This document shows positions 61,724 to 64,000 of a DNA stretch of 64,000 nucleotides, piece after piece. Under the pieces are notes generated by a model. That model was not told where the DNA came from. It did not search any database and saw only the letters and a list, made by a program, of their open reading frames with translations. The stretch is from Owenia fusiformis (taxonomy: Eukaryota), in the NCBI GenBank assembly GCA_903813345.2, contig CAIIXF020000001.1:7440001-7504000 (forward strand), given 5' to 3'. A program made the translations under genes and the position numbers. Within the stretch, counting starts at the first letter, position 1; each line of letters starts with the position of its first letter.

Positions 61724-63484
61724 ATGGCCCAATCTCAATGGACAATCGTGAGTTATATACTAATGGCAGTATTTCTGGCAATGTTTGGAACTATCGGTCT
61801 CTCTCGCTGGATTACCATTCAGCAATCACATGGGGTAACTGAAACTATCATGCTTGGCTTGTTACTATCTCTCCAAGTAACAACAGTCATACTTCTCTTT
61901 GTGTTTACAAGAGTGAACAGGACTCAATGGAGGTATGTTCCCTGGAGGCTCTCTGATACACATGGAATAACAATCATTGGCCTAACTATATTCCTCATCG
62001 GGACATTCGTCTACGATATCTTTAGCATCATTGCCACGACTGAGTGCCTTGATGTTTATCGACATTTCGATGAAAAATATGATGAGAAAATAATTGACCT
62101 TGTATTGCTGATCTTCAAGCCATTACTATATATGTCATCGCAGTTGTTGTTTCTGATGTGGTGTAACTATGGCAACATTCAGAACAATCCAAACATTAGA
62201 AAGACCTCTGTGTTCATATTCGCAGCAGCCACAAACTTGTTCTTCTGGATATATTCGTTTTTGTTTGAATCTAAAAAAATATTTCTTCAAGAGGATCCTG
62301 AGTACAACATAACAAAGCTTGACCCTGCTATACAGAAACATGCAAATGAATGTCTACATGAAGAAAGCGAGATGCAGAGAACAGCAGACAATGTAGAGAT
62401 TTATCTTTATCCTGTTCAAATGGAATTCTGTATCTTAGCAACCAGTTTGTTACTCCATACTTGGTCCCATATAAAACACAGTCGTATGAGGATGCATGAT
62501 GATGATGATATGATTGATTTTCCAGCAGATAATGGTGATGGTGGGCCAAAGGATGATGCAAATGGACAGCATGCTCTGATTCGTAGAAATAATGGCCAAG
62601 ACAATGAAGTGAATGGAAATAACAATGTGATTGGTGGGAATGATGCTGACCCTCCACCAGTGCATGAAGTAAAATGCTATGGGCTATTATGGATCATTGC
62701 AATAATGCTGATGACTCTAATGTTTACGTTTGAGTGTCTTTTATATGTTGAAACATTCTACAGCAAAGCAATCCTCATTGTTATTTCAATTAAAACACTT
62801 TATGACCCATCTCTTGCAATAGTATGTGCATATGTGATATACAAGCTAAAGAAATCTGGGAAAATGAAGCGGTATGGTAATATTGATACAGAATGTGTCA
62901 TTATGTTAATCTCATCTCTAGGCCTTGTCATTGATGTCGCGTTCACCTATATATCTGTTATTCCAACAATAATTTACCAAAATGTTGATCCTAACTGGGC
63001 AAATGAGTGCAATGACTTAAACATTATCCATGATATATCAAACAATGATGAAAGTGTCCGTCAATTTCTGATCATTAGTGTTTTAAGTTTGGTACGACAG
63101 TCATTTAAACTTATTCAAGTCATGTTACAAGTGTACCTTATAATCATATTGACCAGTTTCTATACTGGCCCCATTGATAATTGGTTATCCGAATGTCTCG
63201 GGTTCATACTCATCCTTAACTTTGGTCACTGGTTATCAGACAGTATCGTTGAGGTTAAGTTCACCAATGCTTCCCCTGTTCAAGAACACTACTTTGGATG
63301 TGACAACTGGCTTGTCATAGTTCACATATTTTTCACTCTGGCAATCTACTTCAGGTTCCACAGTGTGTTAATGCTATCTGAACATGTTAGGCGTAATAAG
63401 CATGGACATGATGGCTATCAACGACTGGATGGTGATAATGTCCAGGAACGTGAACAACCAGTAAACAACAATGACCATGCTTGA
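61724..63484 (+). CDS. Otopetrin-like proton channel, copy B (586 aa, intronless CDS), tandem paralogue of copy A
   Basis: The ATG at 61724 (MAQSQW) aligns with MAHSQY of copy A; the two are collinear at an offset of 3140 bp; motifs YLYPVQMEF, NFGHW and IYFRFHS. Confidence 0.82.
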   Translation: MAQSQWTIVSYILMAVFLAMFGTIGLSRWITIQQSHGVTETIMLGLLLSLQVTTVILLFVFTRVNRTQWRYVPWRLSDTHGITIIGLTIFLIGTFVYDIFSIIATTECLDVYRHFDEKYDEKIIDLVLLIFKPLLYMSSQLLFLMWCNYGNIQNNPNIRKTSVFIFAAATNLFFWIYSFLFESKKIFLQEDPEYNITKLDPAIQKHANECLHEESEMQRTADNVEIYLYPVQMEFCILATSLLLHTWSHIKHSRMRMHDDDDMIDFPADNGDGGPKDDANGQHALIRRNNGQDNEVNGNNNVIGGNDADPPPVHEVKCYGLLWIIAIMLMTLMFTFECLLYVETFYSKAILIVISIKTLYDPSLAIVCAYVIYKLKKSGKMKRYGNIDTECVIMLISSLGLVIDVAFTYISVIPTIIYQNVDPNWANECNDLNIIHDISNNDESVRQFLIISVLSLVRQSFKLIQVMLQVYLIIILTSFYTGPIDNWLSECLGFILILNFGHWLSDSIVEVKFTNASPVQEHYFGCDNWLVIVHIFFTLAIYFRFHSVLMLSEHVRRNKHGHDGYQRLDGDNVQEREQPVNNNDHA

Positions 63485-64000
63485 TTAGCAATCAAGATAT
63501 GAAGAGTGAATAATATAAGGGATTTTTATAAATATAACTAAGGCAAAGAACATATTTTGAAAGTTTAAACCTTGGTCCCTGACTGCTACTCTTCTAAACT
63601 GTCCATGTATTTTGTGTTTACGAAGCTGTGTTTACTTGAATGACTACAATATACCACATTTTAGTGCATACAGTATTTATACTCAAGTTCTGTTTAGTTG
63701 ATCTTAAGAAAGTGAATATTCAACATTGAATGAAACACTTTATTTTTCAACACCCTTTTAATATTTCAAACATCACGAGGCAAATCAAGCAATGTCAACA
63801 TGTCTGGCACTTTTCTTTCATTGATATACCTTTTGCCTTTTATTTTGAATGGTAGTGCCTTTTTAAAGATGCTATATCATCAGTTCATTGGAAACAAAAT
63901 CCAAATATTTCATCTATGAAGAGCAATACCTATTCATTATTTAATAAATTTTCAAGGTGTATTTCATTTTTACAGTTTAAGTCTCCCAAGACTTTATGTC

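Noticed and set aside
59188-62665. His-rich antisense ORFs within the Otopetrin-like genes as OFCC1 exons
   Set aside because: They are reverse-frame shadows of GAT/GGT-rich loop codons and are duplicated with the paralogues, with no OFCC1-like sequence.

Overview
AT-rich animal genomic DNA with spliceosomal GT-AG introns, most likely a marine invertebrate (species not determinable from sequence). I assembled seven protein-coding genes by hand from splice sites and reading-frame phase: TMEM169 (+); FBXL7 (-, 4 coding exons over about 30 kb, plus a probable alternative internal first exon); RSU1 (+, 9 coding exons, head-to-head with FBXL7); a HIG1-domain gene (-); the last five coding exons of an OFCC1/Ojoplano-like gene (-, 5' part outside the window); and two intronless tandem Otopetrin-like proton-channel paralogues (+). 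The two Otopetrin-like genes appear to be nested antisense in an OFCC1 intron. They have atypical pore motifs and signs of patchy gene conversion. Introns and intergenic DNA hold many DNA-transposon relics with readable termini and target-site duplications (TSDs): a 4.6-kb Academ-like element with nested insertions, a decayed Tc1, and hAT-, Harbinger-, Tc1/mariner- and possibly Crypton-type MITEs. There are also several tandem repeats. I found no rRNA, intact tRNA or CRISPR array. Family assignments come from recalled motifs, not database searches.
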